Shown here piece after piece: positions 9,740 through 19,936 of a stretch of 47,094 nt of DNA; positions within the stretch are counted from its first letter, which is position 1, and the number at the start of each line of letters is the position of its first letter. The stretch is from Ignavibacteriaceae bacterium (GTDB lineage Bacteria; Bacteroidota; Ignavibacteria; Ignavibacteriales; Ignavibacteriaceae). The notes under the pieces are model-generated. The model searched no databases. It was not told where the DNA came from and saw only the letters and a program-made list of their open reading frames with translations. The stretch is taken from positions 1-47,094 of the forward strand of contig JARRKK010000057.1 of assembly GCA_037388105.1 (NCBI GenBank). The letters are read 5' to 3'. Made by a program: the position numbers and the translations under genes.

Positions 9740-12700
9740 ATGTCTGTAACACTCGAACAACTACAAAAGATATTAAGAGAAAGAATACTCATTCTAGATG
9801 GCGCAATGGGGACAATGATTCAGCGCTATAATTTAAGTGAGGAAGAATTCAGAGGGAAAAGATTTAAAGATCACTACAATGATTTAAAGGGCAATAATGA
9901 TCTGCTCAGTATTACCCAGCCTGAGATAATAAAAGAGATTCATCGGGATTATTGCAGAGCAGGTGCTGATATAATTGAAACAAATACTTTTAACGGCACA
10001 GCTATTTCGCAGGCTGATTATAACATGGGGCAATATGTTTACGAACTTAGCTTTCAGGCTGCCAAGATAGCTAAGGAAGTTGCAAAAGAATTCGCGGATA
10101 AAGAACCCGAAAAGCCTAGATTTGTTGCCGGCTCACTTGGTCCATCAAATAAAACCCTTTCCCTTTCTCCTGATGTAAATGACCCCGGCTATAGGGCAAT
10201 TACATTTGATAGGGTTGTTGAGGCATTTACCGAGCAGATTAAAGGATTGATTGATGGCGGTGTGGATATTCTCTTGGTTGAAACAATGATTGATACTCTG
10301 GTAGCAAAAGCGGTTATTTATGCGATAGATAACTATTGCTCCAAACATAATAAAAAAATCCCCGTTATGATTTCAGGATCTATTGTAGATCAAAGCGGAA
10401 GGACACTTTCCGGACAAACAATCGAAGCTTTCTGGATATCAGTATCACATACAAAAAATCTTCTTAGCGTGGGAATAAATTGTTCTCTTGGTGCAGAGCA
10501 GATGAGACCTTTTGTTGAAGACCTTTCATCTTTTGCAGATACATTTATGTCAGTGCACCCAAATGCAGGCTTACCGAATGAGATGGGTGAATATGAAGAA
10601 ACGCCAGAGCAAACATCTGCTGTACTTAAGGAGTTTGCAGAGAGCGGATTTGTAAACATTGTGGGAGGTTGTTGTGGAACCACACCCGATCATATAAAGC
10701 TAATATCACAAGCTGTAAGAAATTATGAACCTAGAAATATTCCAGCACTTCAACCGTATTTACGTTTAAGTGGTTTGGAACCTGAAACAATCCGCTCGGA
10801 AACCAACTTTGTTAATATTGGAGAAAGAACAAACGTTGCCGGTTCAAAGAAATTTGCTCGACTAATCAAGGAAGAAAACTACGAAGAAGCCCTCTCAGTT
10901 GCCCGTCAACAAGTGGAAAACGGTGCACAAATACTTGATGTTAATATGGATGAAGGAATGATTGACTCGGAAGAGGCAATGAAAAGATTTCTCACGCTTT
11001 TAGCAAGCGAACCAGATATTGCTAAACTGCCTATAATGATAGATTCATCAAAATGGCATGTTATTGAATCCGGGTTAAAGTGCCTTCAAGGTAAGGGCAT
11101 TGTAAATTCTATCAGTTTAAAAGAAGGTGAAGAGGAGTTTATAACACATGCTAAAAAAATTCTTCAATATGGTGCTGCAGTTATCGTGATGGCCTTTGAT
11201 GAAAAAGGTCAGGCAGATACCTACGAAAGAAAAATTGAAGTATGTGAACGTGCTTATAAAATACTAACTGAAAAAATCGGATTCTTACCTCAAGATATTA
11301 TATTCGATCCGAATATACTTACAGTTGCAACGGGCATAGAAGAACATAACAACTATGCAGTAAATTATATTCAAGCTACCAAATGGATAAAACAAAATTT
11401 ACCCTTCGCAAAAGTTAGCGGCGGAGTTAGTAACATTTCATTTTCGTTTAGGGGAAACGACACAATTCGCGAAGCGATGCATTCAGCATTTCTGTATCAC
11501 TCAATCAAAGCAGGAATGGACATGGGCATTGTAAATGCAGGGCAACTAATCGTTTACGAAGAGATTCCAAAAGAACTTTTGGAAAGAGTTGAAGATATTC
11601 TTCTGAATCGCCGTGAAGATGCCACTGAAAGACTTTTAGAGATTTCGGAATCTATTAAGGGGAATGGCAAAACCAATAAGATAAAAAATGAGTGGCGTAA
11701 TTTACCAGCAACGGAAAGATTAAATCATGCTCTAATAAACGGGATAGTTGACTTCATTGAAGCCGATACAGAGGAAGTCAGGCAGCAGTATTCCGAACCA
11801 TTGGAAGTGATTGAAGGACCCCTAATGGATGGGATGTCTATCGTTGGTGATCTCTTTGGTTCGGGTAAAATGTTTCTGCCCCAGGTTGTGAAAAGTGCAC
11901 GCGTAATGAAGAAAGCCGTTGCGTATCTTACACCTTATATTGAAGAAAGTAAAATCAAGAACATCAGACAAAGAGAAGAGGGGGTTGTACTTTTAGCTAC
12001 AGTGAAAGGAGATGTTCACGATATTGGGAAAAATATTGTTGGTGTTATCCTCGGCTGTAATAACTATAGAGTGATAGATCTTGGAGTAATGGTTCGCGCA
12101 GAAAAAATATTAGAAACTGCCATCGAGGAAAAAGTAGATATTATAGGTTTAAGCGGGTTGATAACTCCTTCACTTGATGAAATGATACACGTGGCAAAAG
12201 AAATGGAAAGAAGAGGAATTAAAACGCCTTTACTTATTGGGGGAGCAACAACCTCTCGGGTTCATACTGCAGTTAAGATTGTACCCAATTACAGTGGTTT
12301 TACAGCACATGTACTTGATGCGTCTCGAAGTGTACCGGTTGTAAGCAGTCTTTTGAGCGAGACAGAAAAAGAAAATTTTACAACCAGAATTAAGAATGAA
12401 TATGAAAAAATCAGAGAAGATTATTTGAAAAGAAGATCAGTTAAAATTTTTATTAGTATTGATGAGGCTAGAAAAAACAGATTGAAAATTGACTGGGGAA
12501 AAAAGAAGATCTTTAGACCCCAAAAGACGGGCATTACCGTTATTAAAGATTTTTCGCTGGAAACTTTAAAGAGCTATATAGACTGGACACCATTCTTTTT
12601 AACCTGGCAGCTAAAAGGAAAATTTCCAAGAATATTTGAAAACACGAAGTATGGTAATGAGGCAAGAAATCTTTTTGATGATGCAAATAGTTTACTTGAT

Positions 12701-13435
12701 GAAATAATATGCGATAAATCTTTAGCCGCAAATGGAGTGTTTGGGCTTTTCCCTGCCAACTCTGTTGGGTTTGACGACATAGAAATCTATAAAAATGAAA
12801 ATAGGGAAGGGATTATTGCGGTTCTTCATACATTAAGACAACAAATTAAAAAGGCGCAAGGTCAGCCAAATCTTGCCCTGGCGGATTTCATCACGCCAAA
12901 AGAAACCGGACGGATCGATTATATAGGCGCATTTGTAGTTACAGCAGGGATAGGTATTGAGGAGCTTGTAAATAAATTTGAGAGGAATGGTGATGATTAT
13001 CAAAGCATTATGGTAAAAGCCTTGGCAGACCGACTGGCAGAGGCTTTTGCAGAATACCTACACGAACGTGTTAGAAAAGAATATTGGGGATATTCTGGAG
13101 AAGAAAAATTGTCAAATGAAGAGATGATAGAAGAAAAGTATGTTGGAATCCGTCCCGCACCGGGTTACCCGGCCCAGCCTGATCATACTGAAAAAATGGC
13201 GATATTTAATTTACTCGACGTTGAAAAAAACACGGGAATTAAACTAACAGAGAATCTTGCTATGTTTCCAGCTGCATCTGTGTCAGGTCTATATATCTCA
13301 TCTTCCGAAGCGAAATACTTCAATCTTGGCAAAATAGAAAAAGATCAGGTGCTCGATTATCATAATCGTAAGGGAATGAGTATTGCCGAAATTGAGAAAT
13401 GGCTCTCTCCCATACTGAATTATGATACTAACTAG
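9740..13435 (+). CDS. metH: Cobalamin-dependent methionine synthase
   Basis: The 1231-aa ORF is collinear with E. coli MetH across all four modules. These are the Hcy domain (GGCCGTTP), the pterin domain (VNVGERTN..), the B12 domain ([19 protein letters not shown]) and the AdoMet activation domain ([15 protein letters not shown]). I saw no internal gaps. Confidence 0.97.
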   Translation: MSVTLEQLQKILRERILILDGAMGTMIQRYNLSEEEFRGKRFKDHYNDLKGNNDLLSITQPEIIKEIHRDYCRAGADIIETNTFNGTAISQADYNMGQYVYELSFQAAKIAKEVAKEFADKEPEKPRFVAGSLGPSNKTLSLSPDVNDPGYRAITFDRVVEAFTEQIKGLIDGGVDILLVETMIDTLVAKAVIYAIDNYCSKHNKKIPVMISGSIVDQSGRTLSGQTIEAFWISVSHTKNLLSVGINCSLGAEQMRPFVEDLSSFADTFMSVHPNAGLPNEMGEYEETPEQTSAVLKEFAESGFVNIVGGCCGTTPDHIKLISQAVRNYEPRNIPALQPYLRLSGLEPETIRSETNFVNIGERTNVAGSKKFARLIKEENYEEALSVARQQVENGAQILDVNMDEGMIDSEEAMKRFLTLLASEPDIAKLPIMIDSSKWHVIESGLKCLQGKGIVNSISLKEGEEEFITHAKKILQYGAAVIVMAFDEKGQADTYERKIEVCERAYKILTEKIGFLPQDIIFDPNILTVATGIEEHNNYAVNYIQATKWIKQNLPFAKVSGGVSNISFSFRGNDTIREAMHSAFLYHSIKAGMDMGIVNAGQLIVYEEIPKELLERVEDILLNRREDATERLLEISESIKGNGKTNKIKNEWRNLPATERLNHALINGIVDFIEADTEEVRQQYSEPLEVIEGPLMDGMSIVGDLFGSGKMFLPQVVKSARVMKKAVAYLTPYIEESKIKNIRQREEGVVLLATVKGDVHDIGKNIVGVILGCNNYRVIDLGVMVRAEKILETAIEEKVDIIGLSGLITPSLDEMIHVAKEMERRGIKTPLLIGGATTSRVHTAVKIVPNYSGFTAHVLDASRSVPVVSSLLSETEKENFTTRIKNEYEKIREDYLKRRSVKIFISIDEARKNRLKIDWGKKKIFRPQKTGITVIKDFSLETLKSYIDWTPFFLTWQLKGKFPRIFENTKYGNEARNLFDDANSLLDEIICDKSLAANGVFGLFPANSVGFDDIEIYKNENREGIIAVLHTLRQQIKKAQGQPNLALADFITPKETGRIDYIGAFVVTAGIGIEELVNKFERNGDDYQSIMVKALADRLAEAFAEYLHERVRKEYWGYSGEEKLSNEEMIEEKYVGIRPAPGYPAQPDHTEKMAIFNLLDVEKNTGIKLTENLAMFPAASVSGLYISSSEAKYFNLGKIEKDQVLDYHNRKGMSIAEIEKWLSPILNYDTN

Positions 13436-13512
13436 CGTTATTCCACCCTCCTCTAAAATTACGTTCCGAGCCTATTATACTAGCTTTTTCCATTCCTTTT
13501 TATTAATTTAGA

Positions 13513-13540
13513 CCATCCTGTATTAGGCTGGATTTTTTAT
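13513..13540 (+). terminator. Possible intrinsic terminator after metH
   Basis: CCATCCT-gtatt-AGGCTGG forms a 7-bp stem with one central mismatch, followed by ATTTTTTATTT. Confidence 0.4.
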
Positions 13541-13565
13541 TTATCATTTTTTTAGAGGTTCGTAA

Positions 13566-13817
13566 GTGAGCACTAAGTTATTTGTAGGTTCTCTTCCATG
13601 GTCTGTTGATGACAAAGCTCTGCAGACAAAATTTGAAGAGCACGGAACAGTTGTTTCTGCAAAAGTTATAACCGATCGCAATACCGGCAGATCCAGAGGT
13701 TTCGGCTTTGTTGAAATGGAGAACACTACTGATGCACAGAATGCTATCAAAGCATTGCATGAATCAGAATTTGAAGGAAGGAATATTGTTGTTAATGAAG
13801 CCAAACCCCGTGACTAA
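13566..13817 (+). CDS. RRM-type RNA-binding protein
   Basis: 83-aa ORF with a GTG start. RNP2 is LFVGSL and RNP1 is RGFGFVEM. It is a single RRM without a glycine-rich tail. Confidence 0.9.
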   Translation: MSTKLFVGSLPWSVDDKALQTKFEEHGTVVSAKVITDRNTGRSRGFGFVEMENTTDAQNAIKALHESEFEGRNIVVNEAKPRD

Positions 13818-13842
13818 CAATATATTCTGAGCTTAAAACTGT

Positions 13843-13875
13843 AAGGCGTTTGTATAGACGCCTTTTTTGTTTTAA
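13843..13875 (+). terminator. Rho-independent terminator after the RRM gene
   Basis: AAGGCGT-ttgtatag-ACGCCTT is a perfect 7-bp stem, followed directly by TTTTGTTTT. Confidence 0.75.
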
Positions 13876-14134
13876 ATAACTAGCAGGGGATATCATCAAA
13901 TGCTCTGTCTTATTAAAAATTAAATAGGGTATGACGAATCGTTGAGTAGAGATACGATATTGGTTAATATCTTACAATAACCACTGTCCACATCCGGGCA
14001 GTATTATCTTTTAGTATACCCTTCTAAATTGAAATTATAATGTGTTTAGAAACCATTATCGTGCCCAAACGATATTTTTCCTAGAATTAATTTATATTCA
14101 TAAATCAGTTTTATTAAAGACGGATACTAATAAA

Positions 14135-14614
14135 ATGAAAGAATTGTTTGAGTTTCTTTTGTTGGAAGGAATGCAGGCAGGATTAAGCTGGAGTACAATC
14201 CTAAATAAGCGAGAAAACTTTCGAAAGGCTTTTGATAATTTCGATTTTAATAAAATTGCAAAGTATAATAGAACTAAAATTAATTCGTTACTAAAGAATG
14301 CGGGGATAATAAGAAATAAGTTAAAAATAGAATCCGCTGTATCGAATGCCAGAGCATTTTTAAAAGTGAGAAAAGAGTTTGGAACTTTTGATAAATATAT
14401 TTGGGGTTTTGTTGGTGGGAAACCAGTAAATAATAAACTTAAATCTTTGAAAGATGTCCAGGCAAAAACAACTCTTTCGGATGAAATAAGTAAAGACTTA
14501 AAAAAACGGGGATTTAAATTTGTTGGATCAACCATTGTTTATGCACATATGCAGGCAACCGGAATGGTGAATGACCATACAATGGATTGTTTCAGATATA
14601 AGGAATTAGCATAA
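14135..14614 (+). CDS. tag: DNA-3-methyladenine glycosylase I, lacking the canonical N-terminal ~30 residues
   Basis: From ATG 14135 the sequence is MKELFEFLLLEGMQAGLSWSTILNKRENFRKAF...VNDHTMDCFRY, which matches the E. coli Tag core and its C-terminal Zn ligands (H..C). The open frame reaches back to GTG 14042, but those 31 codons do not show the C-x-W / YHDxEWG signature. Confidence 0.8.
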   Translation: MKELFEFLLLEGMQAGLSWSTILNKRENFRKAFDNFDFNKIAKYNRTKINSLLKNAGIIRNKLKIESAVSNARAFLKVRKEFGTFDKYIWGFVGGKPVNNKLKSLKDVQAKTTLSDEISKDLKKRGFKFVGSTIVYAHMQATGMVNDHTMDCFRYKELA

Positions 14615-14947
14615 TACCCATGATTAGAAATTAAGAAAGCTATTTACGAAACAGGAGAGTTTACTGTTTATTAATCCGCAAGAAAAACAAATACCTTGTG
14701 GTTAAAAACCTTTCTAATTTCCCATTATGTTCAGGAAATATTGTAGTTTTATTACTTTGAAAAAGTCATATTTTTAGTTTTATACAGAATATTGTCCATT
14801 TAACACATTTTAATATCAATTATATTATCAAGTGTATAAATTCAGGAGCTAAATTATTGTGTCGAGCTGCAAATTAGATCTTTGTAACATATCATCTTTT
14901 ATTGTAGTCATAACAATAATAGAAAGCAATCCTTTTGGGGTGGCTAA

Positions 14948-16147
14948 ATGAAAATAAGGAAAAGTACCATGATAAAATTAATATCAGTAATCGGGATCGT
15001 CGTAATCGGCGTATTGATAATGGCTGTGCTTGCCTCAACGGAAAAACACAGCAATAAAGTAGATGTGCCTGAAGAGGTTAGATTAGTTCAGACGCAGTCT
15101 GTAGAGTTCGGAAATATGTTTCTGGAAATTGAAGGAAATGGTATTGTAGAATCGCAAAGAACTTTAAATATGGTTTCCGAAGCAACAGGCCCGGTTTTGT
15201 TTGCCAAAAACGATCTTAAAGATGGAACTCTTGTGAAAGAGGGTGAAAAAATTCTGGAAGTGGATTCGCGCGAAATAGAGAACACTCTTTATACGATGCG
15301 TTCCGAGTTATTGAATTCAATTGCAACTGTGCTTCCGGAAATAAAGATAGAAAACCTTGATGCCTACAACAAGTGGTATGATTATTTTAGAAATTTAGAT
15401 ATTCATCAAAGCACACCGGAACTTCCCGAAATTGCGGATCTCCAGGAAAAAATAAAATTAAGCACAAGAAACATTTTTAACAAATACTATGCGGTAAAAA
15501 ACCAGGAGATACTCTTATCCAAATATAAATTTATTGCACCGTTTACCGGATATATTAAGTCAAACGGGATTATAGTTGGGAGTTTCGTTTCAAGGGGGCA
15601 GCAGCTTTTCTCACTTAGCGACGCAAGCAATTGTGAAATAAAAGTACCATTGATGGTTGAAGAGATTAATCTTATTGATTTTTCGAACCCGCCATTAGTT
15701 GAAATATTCCCGGATAAACACAAGAACGATATAGTAATGGGCAAGATTTACAGAAAGGAAACATTGCTTGACAGGAATTCACAATCATTAAATGTTTACG
15801 TTACATTTCACAACAGTGGTTTAAAACCTTACTTTCTCCCCGGCAATTATGTTGCAGTAAAAATAAACGGGAAAGAATTTAAAAATGTTGCCGGTATCCC
15901 CAGGTATGTTATCAATAACGACGACTTTGTATATACGATGGAAGAAGGAAAACTTGCCCGGCGTAAAGTTGAAGTTATTACCATTCAAAGGGATCTTGCT
16001 ATCATAAAAAATACCGTACCCGATAACATGAAAATAGTTACAACAATTCTGCAAAAACCACTTGTCGGAATGAGTATAAAATCAGCAAACGAATCATTGG
16101 AGCTTAAAGAAGAAATTCCTCAAGAGGAAAACCAGATTTTAAATTAA
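14948..16147 (+). CDS. Efflux RND periplasmic adaptor (membrane fusion protein, HlyD family)
   Basis: 399-aa ORF with one N-terminal TM helix. It shows the lipoyl/hairpin/beta-barrel pattern (..IAPFTGYIKS..G..V..GQQLFSL.D...) and ends 37 nt upstream of the RND permease gene. Confidence 0.8.
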   Translation: MKIRKSTMIKLISVIGIVVIGVLIMAVLASTEKHSNKVDVPEEVRLVQTQSVEFGNMFLEIEGNGIVESQRTLNMVSEATGPVLFAKNDLKDGTLVKEGEKILEVDSREIENTLYTMRSELLNSIATVLPEIKIENLDAYNKWYDYFRNLDIHQSTPELPEIADLQEKIKLSTRNIFNKYYAVKNQEILLSKYKFIAPFTGYIKSNGIIVGSFVSRGQQLFSLSDASNCEIKVPLMVEEINLIDFSNPPLVEIFPDKHKNDIVMGKIYRKETLLDRNSQSLNVYVTFHNSGLKPYFLPGNYVAVKINGKEFKNVAGIPRYVINNDDFVYTMEEGKLARRKVEVITIQRDLAIIKNTVPDNMKIVTTILQKPLVGMSIKSANESLELKEEIPQEENQILN

Positions 16148-16184
16148 GAAAAATCGGAATTGATATTATAAAACAGGATTAACA

Positions 16185-19163
16185 ATGGCCTCAAAACTCA
16201 TTCAGTATTTTATAAAGCACTCAGTTGTCACTAATTGGATAATGATAATTATTTGCATAGCAGGAATCTTTGCCCTTTCAAATATGAAAAAAAGGATTAA
16301 TCCCAAAATTGAAATCGAAGAAATAAACATTGAAGTGCCCTTTCCGGGCGCATCTGCAGTAGAAGTTGAGGAAGGGATTGTAGTAAAGATTGAAGAGAGT
16401 CTAAGGGGTTTAGAAGGGATTGAAAAAATAAGATCGACGTCTGCTGATAATTGGGGAAGCATAAATGTTGAGATATCCGAAGGCTATGATATGAACAAGG
16501 CCATTCAGGACATCAAAAACTCAGTCAACTCTATTAACTCCTATCCTACAGAGGCAGAAAAACCGGTTGTAACACAGGAAACCACCTGGAATCGGGCAAT
16601 AATGATTAGTATTTATGGCCCGAATGATCTTTTTACATTAAAGAAAATAATTGAGGAATTCAGAGACGAACTATTAAAAACGGGGAAGATGTCAAACGTA
16701 TGGTGGTGGGGCATTCCAGAAAGGGAATTCTCAATTGAAATCTCTCCGGACGACTTAATTAGATATAAACTTACTATCGGGGATATTGCTAGTGCAGTCC
16801 AAAACTGCACTGTAAAAGAACAATGGCCCGAAAACAGGCTATACTCTGAATATAACGGACGCCGTTCTGTTGGCTTTAACGTGTTTTATAATAATAATGA
16901 AGATGTTGTTGAGATTGTAGAGATAGTTGAAAAGAAAGCTAAGGAGTATGAACAGAAATATGCCGGTCTTGTACACTTCAATACATTTATAAAAGAAACC
17001 ACGGAGTTGGAAGAAAGAATTGAATTAATGAGCCAGAACGGATTGCTAGGTTTATTTATGGTTCTGTTATTACTTGGTGTTTTTTTGAATGCAAGATTAG
17101 CTTTCTGGGTTGCACTTGGAATACCGGTTTCACTGCTGGGAATGTTTTTCGTTCTGTGGTCGCTTGATATTACTATAAACGAAATGAGCTTGTTCGGAAT
17201 TATCCTGGTAATCGGAATCCTTGTTGATGATGGAATTATTATTGGTGAAAGCATTTATTCGCAGTGGGAGCGGCATGGGAAGAAACCCATACGTGCAGCG
17301 ATTGATGGAACATTAGAAGTAATGAAACCGGTTACTATTTCTGTAATTACAACAATGGTTGCCTTCACCCCTTACTTTTTCTTTTACGGAATGCTTGGTA
17401 AGCACGTTTGGCAAATAGCCGCTGTTGTTATTATTTCTCTTGCTTTTTCATTAGTTGAAGCAATTATAATATTACCAGCACATATTGCTCATTCGCGTGC
17501 ACTCACTCCGGATCTGAATAAAGACACTGTACTTACTAGAATAAGAAGCAGGATAAATAAATTTTTATACTGGACTGTTAACACGGTTTATAAAAACACA
17601 CTTAATTTTTCTTTAAGACACAGGTGGAAAGTATCTGCTGCAGTTTTTGCCATTATATTAATAATAATCGGTCTTTTTCAGGGTTCTCACGTGAGGGCAC
17701 AGTTCTTCCCGGAAATAGAACCGCCATATGCAAGAATGCAGGTTGAAATGCCCGCTGGAACATCTGCTGAAGTTGCAAACGGAATACGGTACGCATTAAT
17801 AGACAAAGCAATTGCGTTTGCAAAAGATTGGGAAGAAAAAGGGAAAACATATCCAATTGAAAACTATACTTCCTGGATGAATGGCGGTGTATTAAACATA
17901 TTCTTTGTGCTTCCATCCTCGGCAGACCGGGATTATTCAATAGGAGAATTTTCAAAAGCCCTTGGTGATTATGTAGGAACGGTTCCCGAGGCCGAAAATG
18001 TTTCTGTAGGCGGATGGCAGTTTGGTGGAAGTCCTATCTCCGTAAGATTTTCAAGTACCGATTATAACCAACTGTTTAATGCAAAAGAACTTTTAAAGAA
18101 AGAATTGAAAAAAATTGATGGTGTGCAGGATATTAAAGACGATACTCCGCTCGGTAACAACGAATTTATAGTTGAACTGAAGCCGGAAGGTAAAGCGCTT
18201 GGCTTTACAGTGCGAGATTTAACTACCCAGCTAAGACAAGGTTTTTACGGACAAGAAGTTATGCGCTTACAAAGAGGCAGGGATGAATTAAAAGTTTGGG
18301 TTAGGTTTGATAAAGATGATCGAATATCAATCAGCCAGATTGAAAACCTGAAAGTCAGAACACCCACCGGGGATTACGTTCCCTTTAAAGAAGTTGCAAC
18401 ATTCAGAGTTGAAAGAGGGCTTAGAAGGATAAGGCATGAAGACGGAGAAAGATCTGTCACAGTTTATGCAGATCTGGATTATTCAAAAAACGATCAAGCC
18501 GTTGTGCTTGAAGATCTTGAAGCAAACATTATTCCCAAAGTGCTTTCACATACCGAAGGAGTAACTAGACAGTTCGGCGGACAATCAGAGTACGTAGATA
18601 AAATGGTACAATCGATTTACTTTTCTATGGTAATTGCATTGTTTGTAATGTTTACAATTTTAATGTTTTTGCTAAAATCATATATGCAAACCATTCTTGT
18701 GATGAGCTTAATTCCACTTGGAGTAATTGGGGCTGTTCTGGGGCATTACATTATCGGCATCCCTGTTTCCATACTTTCATTTCTCGGCATTGTTGCCCTT
18801 GCAGGAATTATTGTAAACGACTCCGTTGTATTAATTCATAAATATAATACTTTGCTTGAGGCCGGGATGGAAGTTGAGAGTGCACTGCTAGAAGCCGGAC
18901 TTACCAGATTCAGGCCTATTATACTTACAACAGTAACAACCGCAGCAGGCTTAGCACCGATTATCTTCCTAAGAAGTGAACAGGGGCAGTTTCTCGTTCC
19001 AATGGCCGTTTCTGTAGCGTTTGGCTTAATGTTCGGAACTATTATAACATTACTAATTCTACCTTCGGCGCTATTTGTGATAAACGATTTAAGAGCTATT
19101 GTAAAAAAATCTAAATCAAGAAAAGAATTAGAACCAGCCTATCAGCGAGAGTTAAGAGGGTAG
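16185..19163 (+). CDS. RND family efflux permease (AcrB/HAE-type inner-membrane subunit), apparently missing ~45-50 aa of the first periplasmic loop
   Basis: 992-aa ORF with a 12-TM layout. It has the TM4 motif ILVIGILVDDGIIIGE and the second-half motif GIVALAGIIVNDSVVLI. TM2 begins at about residue 285 rather than ~335-345 as in AcrB-like pumps. Confidence 0.88.
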   Translation: MASKLIQYFIKHSVVTNWIMIIICIAGIFALSNMKKRINPKIEIEEINIEVPFPGASAVEVEEGIVVKIEESLRGLEGIEKIRSTSADNWGSINVEISEGYDMNKAIQDIKNSVNSINSYPTEAEKPVVTQETTWNRAIMISIYGPNDLFTLKKIIEEFRDELLKTGKMSNVWWWGIPEREFSIEISPDDLIRYKLTIGDIASAVQNCTVKEQWPENRLYSEYNGRRSVGFNVFYNNNEDVVEIVEIVEKKAKEYEQKYAGLVHFNTFIKETTELEERIELMSQNGLLGLFMVLLLLGVFLNARLAFWVALGIPVSLLGMFFVLWSLDITINEMSLFGIILVIGILVDDGIIIGESIYSQWERHGKKPIRAAIDGTLEVMKPVTISVITTMVAFTPYFFFYGMLGKHVWQIAAVVIISLAFSLVEAIIILPAHIAHSRALTPDLNKDTVLTRIRSRINKFLYWTVNTVYKNTLNFSLRHRWKVSAAVFAIILIIIGLFQGSHVRAQFFPEIEPPYARMQVEMPAGTSAEVANGIRYALIDKAIAFAKDWEEKGKTYPIENYTSWMNGGVLNIFFVLPSSADRDYSIGEFSKALGDYVGTVPEAENVSVGGWQFGGSPISVRFSSTDYNQLFNAKELLKKELKKIDGVQDIKDDTPLGNNEFIVELKPEGKALGFTVRDLTTQLRQGFYGQEVMRLQRGRDELKVWVRFDKDDRISISQIENLKVRTPTGDYVPFKEVATFRVERGLRRIRHEDGERSVTVYADLDYSKNDQAVVLEDLEANIIPKVLSHTEGVTRQFGGQSEYVDKMVQSIYFSMVIALFVMFTILMFLLKSYMQTILVMSLIPLGVIGAVLGHYIIGIPVSILSFLGIVALAGIIVNDSVVLIHKYNTLLEAGMEVESALLEAGLTRFRPIILTTVTTAAGLAPIIFLRSEQGQFLVPMAVSVAFGLMFGTIITLLILPSALFVINDLRAIVKKSKSRKELEPAYQRELRG

Positions 19164-19275
19164 TGGTTTTGATTATTATTATAAGTGACTTTATATTGCG
19201 AATATAAGGCAATATGATGACTAATATTTTAATTTCCTAAACGAAACTTTAGAAATAATTTTTTGAATATATAAA

Positions 19276-19308
19276 AATGTCATTCTTCCTTATGTGGAGA
19301 ATGACATT
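19276..19308 (-). terminator. Hairpin terminator between the convergent RND and VOC genes
   Basis: AATGTCATTCT-tccttatgtgg-AGAATGACATT is a perfect 11-bp stem. On the minus strand it is followed by TTTTTAT, so it fits the VOC gene best. Confidence 0.6.
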
Positions 19309-19340
19309 AGAACTTCTTGTAATTTAAAGCCAGGCAAGCA

Positions 19341-19709
19341 TTATTTTGGCGAATGAAATGAAACTGAGTTTCCTTCAGAATCAATAAACGTTGCCATGTA
19401 CCCAATCTCATCAGTTATTTTAGTTTTTGGTAGTACAACTTTTCCTCCTGCAGCCTCAACGCGAGAAAGAGGTTCAGATAAATCCTCACCAGCATTTAGA
19501 TATATCTTAGCACCCTTAGCTGATGGGGTATAACCCTCACCACTGCAGATGGAACCACCCACTCCGTCGGTATCGTTTGTGAAGAATGCCATCTTTGTCC
19601 CCATCATTTCTTGTTGCTGAAATTCAGTGTTAAGTACAGTACTGTAAAACTTAACTGCACGATCGATATCGTTTGCAGGAATCTCAAACCAGTTTACAGC
19701 ATTTTTCAT
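19341..19709 (-). CDS. VOC (glyoxalase/bleomycin-resistance/dioxygenase) family protein
   Basis: The 122-aa ORF is a typical small VOC protein: NWFEIPANDIDRAVKFYSTVL..., C-terminal ..FIDSEGNSVSFHS. A GGAGG sequence lies upstream of the ATG. Confidence 0.8.
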   Translation of the reverse strand: MKNAVNWFEIPANDIDRAVKFYSTVLNTEFQQQEMMGTKMAFFTNDTDGVGGSICSGEGYTPSAKGAKIYLNAGEDLSEPLSRVEAAGGKVVLPKTKITDEIGYMATFIDSEGNSVSFHSPK

Positions 19710-19936
19710 TTTTTCCTCCTATATAAATAATGAAAATTGTAATTAATTGGCTGCTTGTTGCTTCTAAATTAAAAGATGGATTGGAAATGAAAAGGTGTCA
19801 AAAGCTCAAACAAGCCTGTGCAACTCTTGTTTAATTATATATTGGCAGAACTTGGAAATCAAGGATGAAATTAAGCACAACAAAACTCTCAAAAATTTTT
19901 TATGCTGATAAAGCAATAGAAGTAACTTAAAAGGAT

